In this document: in pieces, positions 36,260-50,551 of the stretch
Layout of the letters: each line of letters starts with the position of its first letter
Numbering within the stretch: the first letter of the stretch is position 1
Assembly (NCBI GenBank): GCA_033442325.1
Contig: JAWQFM010000016.1
Location: forward strand, 316,097-380,096
Reading direction: 5' to 3'
DNA: 64,000 nucleotides
Source of the DNA: Salpingoeca rosetta
Lineage: Eukaryota > Protista > Choanoflagellata
Notes under the pieces: generated by a model
Told to the model about the DNA's origin: nothing
The model's input: the letters and a program-made list of their open reading frames with translations, nothing else
Database searches by the model: none
Translations under genes and position numbers: made by a program

Positions 36260-39200
36260 AGCCACAACAACAGCAGCCACAACAACAGCCACAGCAGCAG
36301 CAGCAGCATGATTCGTTGTCGACACCTCGTCCACCACCGGTGCCACCACCAGCAATGGCGAAGAAGCCGACGCCACCGACGGCTGCTCACCGCAAAGAGT
36401 CACCAGCAGCGCAATCCATCCGCACAAAGCGGTTGCGGTATTTCCGCGCACGTGCAAGCGGCAACGTTGCACCTGACACGACTTCTCTTCCATCTCACCC
36501 TCCAACAGCACCAGCACCAACATCACGTGGCACGCGACACTTCGAAACAGCACCAACCCCGCCGCTGTCATCATCGTCTTTGTCGTCGTCTTCGTTGCTG
36601 ACACGACAACATCAGCGCCTTGCACCTCCACCGCAGCAGCGTGAGACGACGGACACGCGCTTGCAGCAGACTGCTGCTGGCCCATCAGGCTCTGAGGAAG
36701 GCGTAAGGGAAGGTGGTGGTATGTACGCTGGCGGCAGTGATAAGGAAGAGAGCACAGATCAAGCGGAGACACCGCGTGAGGGAAGTGCTGGCGATGGAAT
36801 GCAACGAGAACACGTGCATGAATCAGCCAAAGGGGAGGTGGAAAACGAAGACCATGATCACAACAGCGAGATGGAAGGTGACACGCAGACCAAGCACGAG
36901 GGGGACGGTGCAGTTCAACAAGACACATCGGCTCAAACCGCACAAGGCGGCGCGACTGAAGAAGGCAGGCAACAGCACAAACAACAACCTGACGCTGACC
37001 ATGATGATGAAGTGAATGCTACTGCGGCGGAGACAGTACGTGCCAATGCGTCAGCACCCATGTCTACGTTTCCGTCGAAGCGTGACGGTAAGAGCAGCAG
37101 TCCCCACAGAGACGAGAAACGCGGGGGAGACGAAGACGAAGACGGCGACAGCTGGCCGCGTTCGTTTCCGCACACAACGCCATCGCCAGCGGCACCGCCA
37201 CAGCCACACGTGCCATCGTCGCTGCTGTCGCCGTGTGCTTCCGTTGAGCTCTCGTCCTCCAAGGAACAACAACAAGAACAGCATCAACAACAACAACAAC
37301 AACAACAACATTGGCGCGCATCCGTCAATGTGAATGACCTGTTGTCTGGCGTGTGGTCTGATGAGGACGCTGACGAAGATGATGATAGCGCCAATCGTGT
37401 GCGGGGAGTGGGCCACGGCAGCAGGTCTGACGAGGAACAGGACGACGAGGACGAGGACGAGGATGGCGATGAAGATTCAGATCACGCAGATGAAGATGAT
37501 GATAATCATGATGGTGACGGTTTGCACGAGCACGACCCACTTGCGTCCACTGGCGAGCTGCTGTTTGGTGGCGATGGTGACCCAACATTCGATGATGACT
37601 CGTGGCTCGCATCCCCGGCACAAGCGCGGTTTGGGCTGTCGCCTGCACGCGTGCGCTTCAAACGCAGTCAGGACGAGCAGGCAGAGCGCCACGACGAGAG
37701 GCGTAGCTTGGACACCGATGCTGATCGTGGCGACACGCATGACAGGAGTGATGACGATCTTGATGATGACGACGGCAGCCATGGTGGACATGGTTGTGAG
37801 CAGAGGAGTGATGCGAGCGATAGTGGCAATGAGCAGACTGTTGCTGAATCTCGCCACCACCACCACCACTGCCGCCGGCCCACGGCTTCAAAGGCACGCC
37901 CGGTCACGGCAACAACAGCCTCTGCTGTTCCCACGCGCCCAAACCCTGTCAGGACATTCAAAGCCCAGCAGCGGCGGGTGAGCGGTGGTGCACTGAGCAG
38001 AGCAGACATGAGTCTTCAGCGTGTGCTAGCAGATGCGCAGGCAACACTGGCCACGACAGCAGCAGCAACGTCACAGCACACCCGCGCTTTGCGTGAGCTT
38101 CGTATGTCGACGAAAGCCAAGGGTGCATCAACAGCTGCCATGTCACAGGCGCTTGCAGCTGTCAAAGGAAGAGGCAGCGGCAGCCCACTAAATGAGCCTG
38201 ATGCTGGCGATGCTGGTGATGGTGATGGTGATGGTGATGGTGATGGTGATGGTGAGCAGATGGATGCTTCGTCCGTCGCGTCATCGCGGTGGAGGAGTGG
38301 CAGTGCGAGCGTGACCACGGCTGCACAGCGCGCGCGGCAGAGGGAAGCGGCACTTGCGGCACAAAAGTCCACAGCACGTGGTGCAAATGTGTCACGACGT
38401 GCGTCACGACAGCAGCAGCAACAAAGGCAACAGCAAACACAGAGGGGGCGGCCCAACACCGTGGATATTGGGCTTGACGTTGTTGCTGCTGGAACAGGTG
38501 GTGCACACAACACGAAAGACCAACGTGCGCTGAAGGGGAAGGATGGACCGACAGACCGGCAGCGGAAGCAATCATCACAGAGCAGGCAGCAAGGTGAGAA
38601 GTGAACACACATCAGTGTAGGTGCATGTTCGCTTGCTTGCTTGCATGCATGCACACTGCAAGGAGCACACGTACCTGCGTGGGCGAACACGTGTTGCATC
38701 ATGCGTGCCGTCTGTTGGTTCTTCTCACCAACGTGCGAAGGCTCTGCACGTTTGTAGGCAATCGCGTGGATGTTGCATCAAGGGACGACGTCGGCGTGGA
38801 TTCCCGGAACCACCATGTTCACCACTTCAAACGCATTGATGGCAACGCCAGCGACAATGATGATGACGATAATGACGATGACGATAATGACAATGATGAT
38901 GACAACAACTACAACCATGGCGATTACGAGAAGTTTTGCCCCGACCACCTCAATGATGATGATGATGGTGACTGGATAATTCAGCAGCAGCAGCAACAAC
39001 AACAACAACAACAACAGCAGCAGCAGCAGTGCGGCAGGCCCAAGTGTCGGCCGCAAGCGATGGGCGCAACACCGCCGCCTCTACTGCAGCACTTTCCTGA
39101 GGAGCTGTTGCTGCACATCATGTCGTTTCTGTCGGGTCCTGCCCTGCTTCAGTTTGGGCTGTCGTGCCGGCGGTTTGCCTCGCTTCTCTACGACCCCATG

Positions 39201-39305
39201 CTCTTCTCGTCGCTTTCGCTGCGTCGCGCAACCATTTCCGCCAACACATGTCGACAACTCCTTGCACGCAGGCCACGCGATGTGGTGCGTGCGTGTGTGT
39301 GCGTG

Positions 39306-39395
<90 letters not shown>

Positions 39396-39731
39396 GGTGT
39401 GTGTGTGCGGGTGTGTCTGTGTGGTGAAGGAGAGGGGATTTTGCACTTGTTGTGAACCGTGTTTGTTGTGGTGTGTTTGTCCATGAGACCATGAGCGCAT
39501 GTACGCACCGTGCTGTGCTTAGATGGTCAGTGCTTTGAGTGGGCCAATCCTACCACTCCTTGCACCCATTTTCTCACAAATCACGCACGTACATATGTAT
39601 GGACACGCTCACTTGTCACGCAGACGCTGTCGTGGTGTGAGCTTGCAGATTTGGATGTCATTACACCACTGCTGTCATCACCACGCCTCCAGTGCTTCTC
39701 ACTCGCATTCAGCATGTAAGTGGTGGACACG

Positions 39732-39763
<32 letters not shown>

Positions 39764-41074
39764 GGTGTGTGTGTGCGTGCGTGTGTGTGTGTGTGTGTGT
39801 GTGTGTCGCTGCCGCAGATACTGGCTGTCACCGGTCATCATGAGCCCGCGCTTCGGTTGTTTGCATGTGTGCCTCACATGCTGTGTTGCTGCGATTACCA
39901 GAGTGCATGCAACGCCCGCTGTTGGTGCGACCACACCAGCCGTAGCTGGACCAAGCACGACGGCCGCAGCGACCGCCACAGAGGGAGAGGTAGCAGCACA
40001 GACACCAGAGCCACGCTCGCATCAGCCGTCGTCATCATTACGCAATCCAGCACTGGTGGCCGGATCCGTTCTCCGCTTGGAGCTGCGCACTGGCGCCGCT
40101 GTTTCAGGTACTTCGTGAATGTGTGTACGTATGCGTGTGCATGTGCTTGCTTGCGTGTGTGCATGTGTGTGTGTGCGTCATGTGTGTGTGCGTGTGTGTG
40201 TATATCTGTGTGTCTGTCTGCCTGTTAGTGGGCGTGCACGCGTTTGTGTTAGAGTGTTTGTGTTAGAGTGTTGCTATGTGCACACATCCAAGTTCAGGGG
40301 CATGTGTTGCCAGGCGGTGCACTTGTGCCGCGTGACTGCAGCGCTGCATACCACTGTGTGTTGACTGCCCCCTCGCCTGCCAAGGGTGCGCGCTACCTTT
40401 CTGCTGCTCACCTCTCATTCTGTGTGTGTGCATTGGCATGCGTTGTGCATTGTAGCTCCGGTGCTGGCGTGGTTCACTTCGTGGTCGTTTCCCATGCTGC
40501 ACACTCTCGTCCTCCAGGTGTGTGATGGCACATTGTTGAGGTGACTCGCTGGCTTCATCTCTCACTCGCGCGGGTGTTTTTTCCGTACTTTTGTCGTCCT
40601 TCGCGTAGTTGTGCTCCTCCATGGAACTATTTCCCATTCTCCTCCAATGCACACGCACACGCACGCATCCTCATTCACCCACGCCCTCTTATGTGCATGC
40701 GTGCGTGTTGCTTGAATGCTCAGCATGCGAGCATGGACAACACGGCGCCAATCACCTCATTGCTCCGGTCGTGCTCCCGGCGTCTCCACACCCTCTGCTT
40801 CGACTTTTGCAACGTGGATGACGCGTGTATGCGCGTGGCTGCATCGCGCTTCCGTCACGCATGTGCGCTCACCGTCACCGGATCGTTAGTCCTCACAAAA
40901 CGCGGCATCAAATGCGTTTCAAAACGCATGCGTGACTTGGAGAAACTGGACATTTCTGGTTGCCGACATGCGGGCGATCGCTGGATGAAAACCATCTCAA
41001 CCTCCTTCCCACGTCTCAAGGTGTAGGCTGGATTGTCAATCAGTTTTTGTGTGCATGTGTGCGCGTGTTTCCTC

Positions 41075-41105
<31 letters not shown>

Positions 41106-41884
41106 GTGTGTGTGTGTGTATACCTGCCCACTTGCGGTTTTGTTTCTCGGCTTTCTCCGTTTCTCTGCTGTTCACACCACCACTCACTTGTGTCTCGCTC
41201 TATCAACCCGCCACCAGGAATTGCGCCTGTCCAGCACGATTGTGACGGATGACGGGTTGGCGTGGTTGCCATCTGCACCGTTCCAGCTCACACTGCTGGA
41301 CCTTGCTCGCTGCGCTGGCTGCTCTGAAGCAGCAATGACACACGCCATCATCAGTCAACGTGAGCACGACACGTGCGTGCCTGTGCATGTGTGTATGTGA
41401 GTGTATGTATGTATTTGTGTGTATGTGTATGTGTGTCTGTGCATGTGTGTATGTGTGTGTATGTAAGTGTGTGTGTGTGTATGTAAGTGTGTGTGTGTGT
41501 GTGTGCATGGTGGCTTGACCTTCTGGCCCTTGATGCGCCGTTGCATGCTGTCTCCATTTTGCATCAACTCATGACAATACAATTCCTCTCTCCCCCCGCC
41601 GCCAACTTCAAACACCGCTAGCGTCCCTCGAGTACGTGGAGCTGAACGGAACGGCAGCAACACCGCAGTTGATATCTGCCGTGAATGCCGCTGCCGTGCA
41701 TGCAGGCATCACGCTGAGCATGCCCCACTGCTATCCTGACCCGCAGGACTCGCTCCTCCCAGTCCTGCGAAGCGTGGACCCAAACGTTGTCAGTACTGTG
41801 CGCTTGTGCAAATGCGACCTCCACCTAACGCTTCAGCCCCACGTCAACCGAGACTCCATCATGTGTCGCGTTGTCGTGACTTGA
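35038..41884 (+). CDS. F-box/LRR protein with a ~1200-aa low-complexity N-terminus
   Basis: Exons 35038-38593, 38758-39284 (F-box FPEELLLHIMSFLS..ALLQFGLSCRRF), 39624-39715, ~39902-40107, 40455-40518, 40724-41020 (LEKLDISGC), 41218-41360 (LRLSST.VTDDGL, LTLLDLARC), 41622-41884. Phases are compatible. Confidence 0.8.
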
Positions 41885-42359
41885 AGGTGACAAATGCAAT
41901 GGGTGTATTGCTTCGAAATGCTTTTTTTGTTTCCATGTGTTTTACGTTTTGTTTGTTCGTGCTTGAATTGTCGTGCCCAGTTGGATGGTTGGTTGTGACA
42001 CTTGACATAACAGATTGACTGGATGCGACGGTGGGCACCTTGCTCACTTGCTGGCAAGTGATGTGTTGTGCCTTGCTTGTTCGTATGTGTATTTATTGCT
42101 GTGTAGCGGCTGCGTCCAGCTGCAAAGCAAGTGCTTCATAACCCTTGCAGCTTGCTTGTGTTCATAACAGCGCAGATCGCTGCCTGCGTCTGACGAATTG
42201 AATAGACGCGATGCCCAATGCAACAGAACTGCCGAATTGGACGAAAACGCGTCATGTCACATGCACATTCACATCACGGTAACTTCAACAAATGCATACG
42301 TTGTACATGGTGAAAAGTAACGAAACACAAAGCGCCACTGAAACAAACAAAAGGCTACA

Positions 42360-45298
42360 TCACTGGAACGGGTTTGGAGTGATCTGTGGTGTCTTCTTCT
42401 TCTTTGCCTGCTTGTCAACGATCATCCCTTCCTCGTGCGTTGCCTGTCCCTGCTCATCCAACACGTCGGTTGCCTCTCCTTCCTCCACATCATCCGAGAT
42501 TTCATCATCAGCGCTGTTGTCGCGCTCGTTCTCCTCGTCTTTCTCCTCGTCCAGCAACTCTTCTCGCTCCCTTGCATTTTTCTTCTCGTCTGGTGGGGTT
42601 GTGTCGGGTTGTTCGTCCTTCACTTCTCCATACACGTCATCGTCATCAACGCTGCCACCATCGACCTCATCGTCATCATCGTTCCCACCCATGCCCTCGT
42701 CCCCGCTGTGGCCCTGCGGTACGGTCATCGACTCCCCAGCGTGCACGGTCGACGACACCAGCGTCGTCACCTGCGAAGTGTGTGTGTGTGTGCATGTATG
42801 TGTGCATGTATGTGTGTATGGTTATGTGTGTGCGTGTGTGGTTGTGTGTTTGTGTGTTTGAGAATGTGCACAATGACAGCAAACCACAGGATGACACGTG
42901 CATTACACACACACACACACACGCACACACGCACACACACACACACGTCTTTGAATTGAGTGTCCAGTTCGGATTGAATTTCCAGCGGTCTGGAACACAT
43001 CACACGTGCGCACAAAGGATGCAGGAGCAAGGGCGGAATTGGAAATGAAACGTGAGTGGAGACGCTTTGACCGTGATTGCACGCTTTCCGCGTATGCGCA
43101 CACGCCCACATACGTGTCATGAAACACACAACAACTTAGCAACAGGTCAACATGCACACCTATGCATGCACATACAACGCATACACACACACACGCACAC
43201 ACGCACACACATACATGCACACACGCACACACGCACGCAAGCACCGCCACCAGTGACGCAACCAGTGACGCCACCATCAGCAGGGCATCAATCAACGCAC
43301 GTGTAGTCTTGTCGCGTCCATGTTCGAACGGCCCTCAAAATGTCGTCAAAGATCTCCGCAGCGCACAGGGCAGACACCGGGTAGCCCTGGTTGTTGAGTG
43401 TCCTGATGGCAGCCAGTCCATCGTGCCGGTCAAGAAGTGCGAGGCAGTTTTCAGGCCTGTCATACGGCAGCACGCGAACATGCGCGTGTGTGTATATGCG
43501 CATGATTGTGCGTGTGTTAATGGTACGTTGCATTTATGGGGGTGGTGAGGTGTTTGATTGTCACGTGATTGGCTGCTTGGGGCATTCGTGTGTCAGCAAG
43601 TGTGCGTGCGTGTGTGTGTGTGTGTGTGTGTATGTATGTGTGTGTGTGTGTGTGCCTGCGTTTGTCTGCTCCACTCTGCTGCATGTGTGATGTGTGTGTG
43701 TGTGTGAACACGACGTGCACACGAAGGCATAGCCACGGTCGTACTTGATAATGTCCTTGCGTACGAGTGTTTCGACGACGTGAACCGTCTCCATGGTGCT
43801 GTGATGGCACACAATGTGGAGCACGTGCTCTCGGACAATGCCTATTTCAGCGCGGAAGTAGCAACAGTGTGAGGTCTTTGTTGATGACATGTCCAATGCT
43901 TCCGTTGACTGACGCAAACAACTACAGACACACGCACGCGCAAGCACGATTGACATCAACACAGCAAGCGTAAAATGGCACTTGCGCGCATGCACGTGGG
44001 TGCGCACCTGACACGGTGCCGGAGTCGACAACGGTGATGTCGAGTGCCTTCAGCAGTTTTTGCAACGACTCAAAGTGCTCTGGTGCATCTGCTCGTGCAT
44101 TCGCACACGTTGTTTGAGGATGAAGTGTGGGGTGAGCAAAACAACAGTGCAACCATCGTCCCCGCAGAAGAACAACGTCTTGCGCGCACGCGCACATTTG
44201 CATCTTCACAAGCACACATTCACACACATGCAAGCATAACTCTGATGTGTTCACCAGTGTGGAAGCTGACGACGTTCCAGTGCTCTTCTGCCTGGTGTTT
44301 GATCCAGCGCAGGAGGTGTTGCAGAATCACTGCGTGTGCGTCCACAACAACATCGGCCTGGTCGTACTCAAGCAGAAAGTCCCGCACCTGTACATGTGGT
44401 TGCGTGTGATTATGTGTTTGTGTGTGTTTGTGTGTTTGTGTGTGTGGGTGTGTGTGTGTGTGTGTGTGTGTGATTTGGTGAAGGAGGGTATGGCCAGGCC
44501 TATGAGTGCCCAACGGTACCACAAACGGCCGCAGTCAACACCGAAACTATGTTGCCCCTCTGCCCCTTCACGTGTGACACGATGAACAACAAAACAACAA
44601 GCATGCACACGCAACCTACAGTGGATTTAACGCCGCCACCGGACCACACACGCTGGTGGGGATACCCAAGATAGACGCGCATTGTAGTGAATTGGCGGTC
44701 CCTAGTGGCGTGCATGTGTGTGTGCGCGCACATGCGTGCAAACAGACAGGGGTACATGGGGCGGTTCAGTTAGCGATGGCGAGATGGTGCTGATGCACCG
44801 AAGGTTGAGTGCGGTGAGGGTTACATTGAAATCAAACGCCAGCTGCACGGGTGCTGGTTTTGTGTGAACCGCGTGCATGTGTGCATGTACGTGGACACCA
44901 TGCTTGTACGTGTGTGGATGTGTATGTGTTTATGTGTGTGTGTGTGTGTGTGTGTATGTGTGGGTGTGCGCGTGTGTTTGTGTGTGTGTGTGTTTATGGT
45001 GTGCGTGTGCGTGCGTGTGTGTGCGTGTGTGTGTGTGTGTTTGTGTGTGTCTGTGCGTGTGTGTGTGTGTGTGTGTGCGTGTGTGCAGTGGTTCGTTTGT
45101 GCGTCAGTACACATGGTTGCGAGCGCAAACGTCTTACTGGAATGCGGGTTGCAGGCGGGTTTGCTGGTCAATCATTCGAAACGCCATAATCGAATCCATG
45201 ACGCTCAAGTCACTGGCGCGAAGACAGAAACGTGTTACAGAGCGTGGAATGGAGGGGCACCATGCGGGTGAGCTAGTGCAGCAGTGAAATGCACTTAA

Positions 45299-45337
<39 letters not shown>

Positions 45338-45523
45338 AATGAGCATCGCACCTGCTCCAGTTGCGGAACGCAACGGCGTGCTCTGAGTTTGTCGCGTCTG
45401 CCTCAATGTGCAGAATGCGTCGACCTGACTTGGTGCGAAGAAGAGAGTTTGGTGTGATGGACCGCCCGACAAGCTGCTCCCAGGATTCAGGCTGCACATG
45501 CCGTTGCGGTGGGTCGAGGTTCC

Positions 45524-45585
<62 letters not shown>

Positions 45586-47306
45586 GTGTGTGTGTGTAGG
45601 TGTGTGTGTGTAGGTGGGTAAGTGAAAGAGGGTTGAGGCACAACATGAATGCACAGGCATGCCAGTGGCCTTGGCACATTTGTCCCGCAGCAACTCCACA
45701 AACACACACACACATGTGCACATATAGACACACACGAACACAGCAAAACACGCACACATGCACACATGCCAACCTGTCCATAAGTGCCTGCAGGGACGCG
45801 CCAGTAAAACGCAAGCTTGCCATCGCGTGAAACCTTCTTTACAAGCCGCTTGATGGCCGTGGGCTTCTCATACACGGGCAGAATATGGTTGATGGAGCAC
45901 CTGAGGTGTTGTGAGGTTACGGGGAGGGGATGTGGTGTATTTGTGTGCAAGATGAAGCGTGAGATGAGTGTTTGGGTGAATGGAACGAGATTGTATCATT
46001 TGTGGGCATGTACACTGACAGGTGAACGGCACGCACTTGTCGTTTGCATTCACACGCGTGCACACAAATTCATGCACACATACACACATTCACAAACAGA
46101 CACGTTCACACAGACGAACGCACGCATGCACTTACACACACACACACACGTCCACACATGCACACATCCGCCAAACAGACATGCACAGACACATTCACAC
46201 AGACGAACGCACGCACGCACGCACGCACGCACATGCACACATACACACCGTTCGAGTGAGAGCGCTGTGCAGTCGCTGATTTCGCCGCAGAGACGAATAA
46301 AGCGCTCCCCGCGATCCTTGGGCGCATACACGCCGTTCATGATGTTTGCCTTGAGCTCATCACGTGCGCGCATGGTGAGGTTGGCCAAGCGGAACAGCTG
46401 CGTGACCGTGACAAGCTGCGTCAGTGTGATGCGTGCGCTCTCGCAGCGTTTTGCGGCAACAAGGTGATGAGCGAGGTGAGGCTGCGTCATATCGGCCAGG
46501 ACAATGCTGGGGTCGATCATGTGCGCGTGGGCAACGGCCTCTGGCGGTGTGGTCACCATGGCAAAGGATGCCATCATCTGCTCGAGACTGTAGGAGACGC
46601 AGAAGCGGAACAGCAGCGGCTCCTGCATCACGTCCATAACTGATGGCTGCCCTTTGGTGATGTGCAAGGCCTCCATGAGGCCAAGGCCAAACGCGGCCGT
46701 TGCGCTGAGGCTGAGCGCAGCCACGATGCGCGGGGTGAAGAACTGCTTCGCCTGCAGGACAAAGCGTTGCATGGCAGCCTGCGAGCGCGTGCGCACGAAA
46801 CTTGCCAGTGGGATGTTGAAGCGCCCAAACTCGCGTTCGTGCTTGACAATGTCCCTTGGTAGCCGCCCCACGTTCAGCTCCACCAGCCGCTGGTGCAACT
46901 TAGAGAAGCCACTTGTGACGGAGGCCGGCACGAGAGACGAGTTGTTGTTGCTCGCTGCGTCAGCCACACTCTGCAGCTGTCGCAGCTCCGTCTCGCTGTT
47001 GTCAGCATCACCGTCCTTGCCATTGGCGTTGCTGTTTCGGGTATCGTGGTTGGTGTCGCTTGAGTTCGGCGACACGTGCGCCGCGCCTGTTTCTCCTTCT
47101 CCCTGCACATCGGCGTTGACACCTCCATATCCAACGGTGGCCGCCTGATCTGTCTCCTTGTCGCTCCTGTCGTTGTTCTCTTCCTGACTCTGGCGTTCGC
47201 CGCCATTGCTGCTGCTGCTGCCATTGCTGCTACTGCTGCTCCTGCTGCCGCTGCTCGTGTTGGCCGGGCGCCCTCTCCCCAACAGCGAAGTCGGCCACCA
47301 CCTCAT
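42360..47306 (-). CDS. Hypothetical protein: hydrophobic segment(s), globular alpha/beta region and acidic tail
   Basis: Exons 47306-46249, 45900-45774, 45491-45352, 45212-45138, ~44701-44620, ~44387-44256, ~44088-44010, ~43841-43745, ~43455-43301, ~42988-42946, 42770-42360 join in frame (coordinates marked ~ are approximate). No family recognised. Confidence 0.7.
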
Positions 47307-47489
47307 CTTCCCTCCTCCGTGCCACTCAACTCACCCCGACCAGGACAGCGCGACAAGCAAGCAAGAGCGCGTCAGCGTCTTGCTTCTGCTGTTTCTTGTT
47401 GCTTTCTGTCCGGATTTGCTCTGTTGTGCTCTGTGAATTTGCGCGCACTCTTGTTTGATGCACACTGCAAACCGTGTGAACGAGCAACG

Positions 47490-47601
47490 ATGATGAGGGG
47501 ACGAAGAAGGGGGCTGGGAGTGAGAACCCGTACAAGCGTGGGGTCAGTGCTAGCCGTGCGACTTCAGGGCTTCAGACCAAGCAGTCCAAGTCACGTATGC
47601 A

Positions 47602-47677
<76 letters not shown>

Positions 47678-47700
47678 GTGTGGGGGATGTCTGTGGATGC

Positions 47701-47735
<35 letters not shown>

Positions 47736-48975
47736 CATAGCGACAGCGCGGGGCACGTCACCATTGTCGTACTCACGTTGCCCTTCTCGTGCTCACGTCG
47801 CTTACTGTGTGACATGAGAACTTATCAACTCACCCGCACGCACGCGTACGCACACGCACGCGCACCCACGCTGTGTAGGAGGAAGCGGAACACTGCACGA
47901 CTTCTTCGGTGGCACGGACCACAGCGTGCCGACGTTCTTCTTGTTGGACTTTCCGCGCAAGCGTGCTCGGTTCGTGCGCCAGCTGCCGGCAAACACATAT
48001 GTGCTGAAGAGCTCCATCAAGTGGCACGGCAAACAGTTGCAGCTGTGCTCGCGGCATCCTCTGCCGTCCAAAGAAGACTCCGCACAGATACCTCGCTCCT
48101 CTTACCCAGACCACGCCGTGTCAATCCTCAAAAGCCATCTCCAAGTGTGTGTGTGTGTGTGAGTGTGTGCGTGTGTGTGTGCGTGTGTGTGTGTGTGTGA
48201 GTTTGTGAGTTTGAGTGTGTAAGTTTGTGTGTGTAAGTGTTTGTGTGTGTGTGTGTGTGTGATATGTGTGAGTATGAGTGTGTGCGTCCGTGTCAGTGAG
48301 TGTGCGTATGACTGTGCGTTCAGTAGGTGTGCGTATGTGTACACATCTTTGCACACGCGCTTCTGTTGTGTCTTGCGGTGTCATCCACATCCTCTCATTG
48401 ACACTTTCACCCACGCATATCATTCCGGCACTCTAGAAATGCGTGAGGCGGCAGCGGGCCGAGCTTGTGGCATCCACCATGCGAGAGCTGATGGCTTTGG
48501 CCATGTTTGATCTGCTGCGTCGCCTCCCCATCATCGTGATTGAGGACGTGTGCCTGCACCAGCAGTTCCCTGTGTTGGTGTGGTTGATGGCGGCGGTTTC
48601 CAAAGGCGCAGACTTGTCCGCGGAGATGCTTGACTGGCTTGTCTCGTTTGCCGCCATGCTGGCCAACTGCCCCCACCGTGATGACTCTGCCATGTTTCCA
48701 GACTCTGCCGAAGCCTTTGACGTCCAAAAGATATCAAAGGTGTGCGTTTGTGTATGCGTGTATGTGTGTGTGTGTGTGTGTGAATGCGTGCATGCGTGTG
48801 TGAATGCGTGTACGTGTGGATGTGTGGATGTGTGTATGTGTGTATTTGTGAGTACGTGCGTGAGAACCAGTTGCGTTCATGTGCATTTGCGTGCGTAGCT
48901 AACGTGCATGCCCTTGACGAGCATTCCATTCTTCGATTCGCTCTAGTCCTGCACTCATGCCGTGTTATGGCCATG

Positions 48976-49015
<40 letters not shown>

Positions 49016-49387
49016 CACACACACAACAGGAACTGAAGAACGAAGAGCAAAAGTCGCTGCTGTACAGCATGCAGCTGCGACGCAGCTTTGGTGGCATGTC
49101 GTGCGACGGCGCGTAAGTTCTGGCACAATCAGCACAACCACTCGTGCATGGACGGGTGAATACAGCACACTTTCCCTCACACGTCCCTCACGTTGACGTG
49201 TGTCTCAATGTCTGCATTTCATCTCATGTCTCTGCCGATGTTTTCCCACGTGCCATTTCACAGCATGATGGACAAAATGACGCGGGTGTGGTTGCGCCGT
49301 TTCAAAGTCGATCCAGACATGACCACATGTCGTCCAGCGCTCTCCACACCGCTCCCTAGCCTCTCCCTCAAGTGTGTCGAGTGTGTC

Positions 49388-49436
<49 letters not shown>

Positions 49437-50551
49437 GCCACGTGTGTGTGTGAATGCTTGTGTTTATGTGAGCATGTGTATGTGAATGCGTGCGTGTGCA
49501 AATGCCTGTGTTCACGTACATGCATGTGTGAATGCTTGTGTTCACGTGCATGCGCACACGCATGCACGTGCTTATGTGTGTGTGTAGTTGTGTGTTCATT
49601 TGTGTCAATGTGTCTGCCGGTTGTGACATATGCCGCAGCCCCGTTATTCTCTTGCACATTCTCGTGTAATTGTGATTGTCCTTGCCCACCAGCACAGCCT
49701 CACCGCGTATGCATTCTCCATGCCTGCACCTCCCTTTGCTGTGCAGAGCCACTCCGCCACTGAACCGTGCAAAGTGGGAGCTTGCAGCCGTTGACTTCCA
49801 CTGCTCCGGCGTTGTTGACTCCTTGAAGGCCACACACCGTACGTTCGTTCCAACGCCATGCGATGACACGTGACGACGAGCTCTCGGTGTGGTGTTGTGT
49901 GGTGTCATGCTTTATCAGAACAGTTACTTCAAGACATCTCCATATGTTTCAGTCTCACCGTTCACTCTTCTCTCCTGTCTGTGTCCTCCCTCGACACACA
50001 CAAACACACAAACACACATACACGCACACGCACGCATGCATGCACACACGCATACACGCACGCACACACAAACACACAAAAACACATGCACACATACACA
50101 CGCACACACATACACACACACGCACACACAAACACACACACACACACTCTCTCTCTCACATTGTCCCGATGTTCCTCCTGCGACCCCGTGCCCACCCCTG
50201 TTTCCACTCTTGTCTCCACCTCTCCCCCCCCCAACTTTTCTGGACGCAGCGGAGATGGGTGAGGGCGAGATCAAGCAGCTCATGTGGGATTGCAGCAGCG
50301 GCATCAACACCCGCACCAGGCGCAGCTTCGACGAAGCAGGGCAGGAAACAGCTCAGCACAAGCCGACAACACACAACAAGAAGGATGCACGGGCTGACGA
50401 CGATGACGATGACGACAATGACAACGACGTGGACTACGGTTCAACAACAACAACAACAGCAAGTGAACACGAGGCAGAGCTGAAAGTCTGGCGCACGCTG
50501 CTCCAATCCACTGCCCGCGCTTTTGCGCAACGCCTCATCGCTCGCCTCTGA
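47490..50551 (+). CDS. Conserved-looking hypothetical protein (LKSHLQKCVRR / [12 protein letters not shown] / FGGMSCD / AVDFHCS motifs)
   Basis: Exons 47879-48144, 48437-48739, 49030-49112, 49264-~49327, ~49747-49838, 50250-50551. The first exon (ATG 47490) and some internal junctions are uncertain. Confidence 0.7.

Noticed and set aside
44600-44850. Apparently atypical non-repeat sequence, a possible third alien block
   Set aside because: Contains an in-frame minus-strand exon (DRQFTTMRVYLGYPHQRVWSGGGVKST) of the hypothetical gene.
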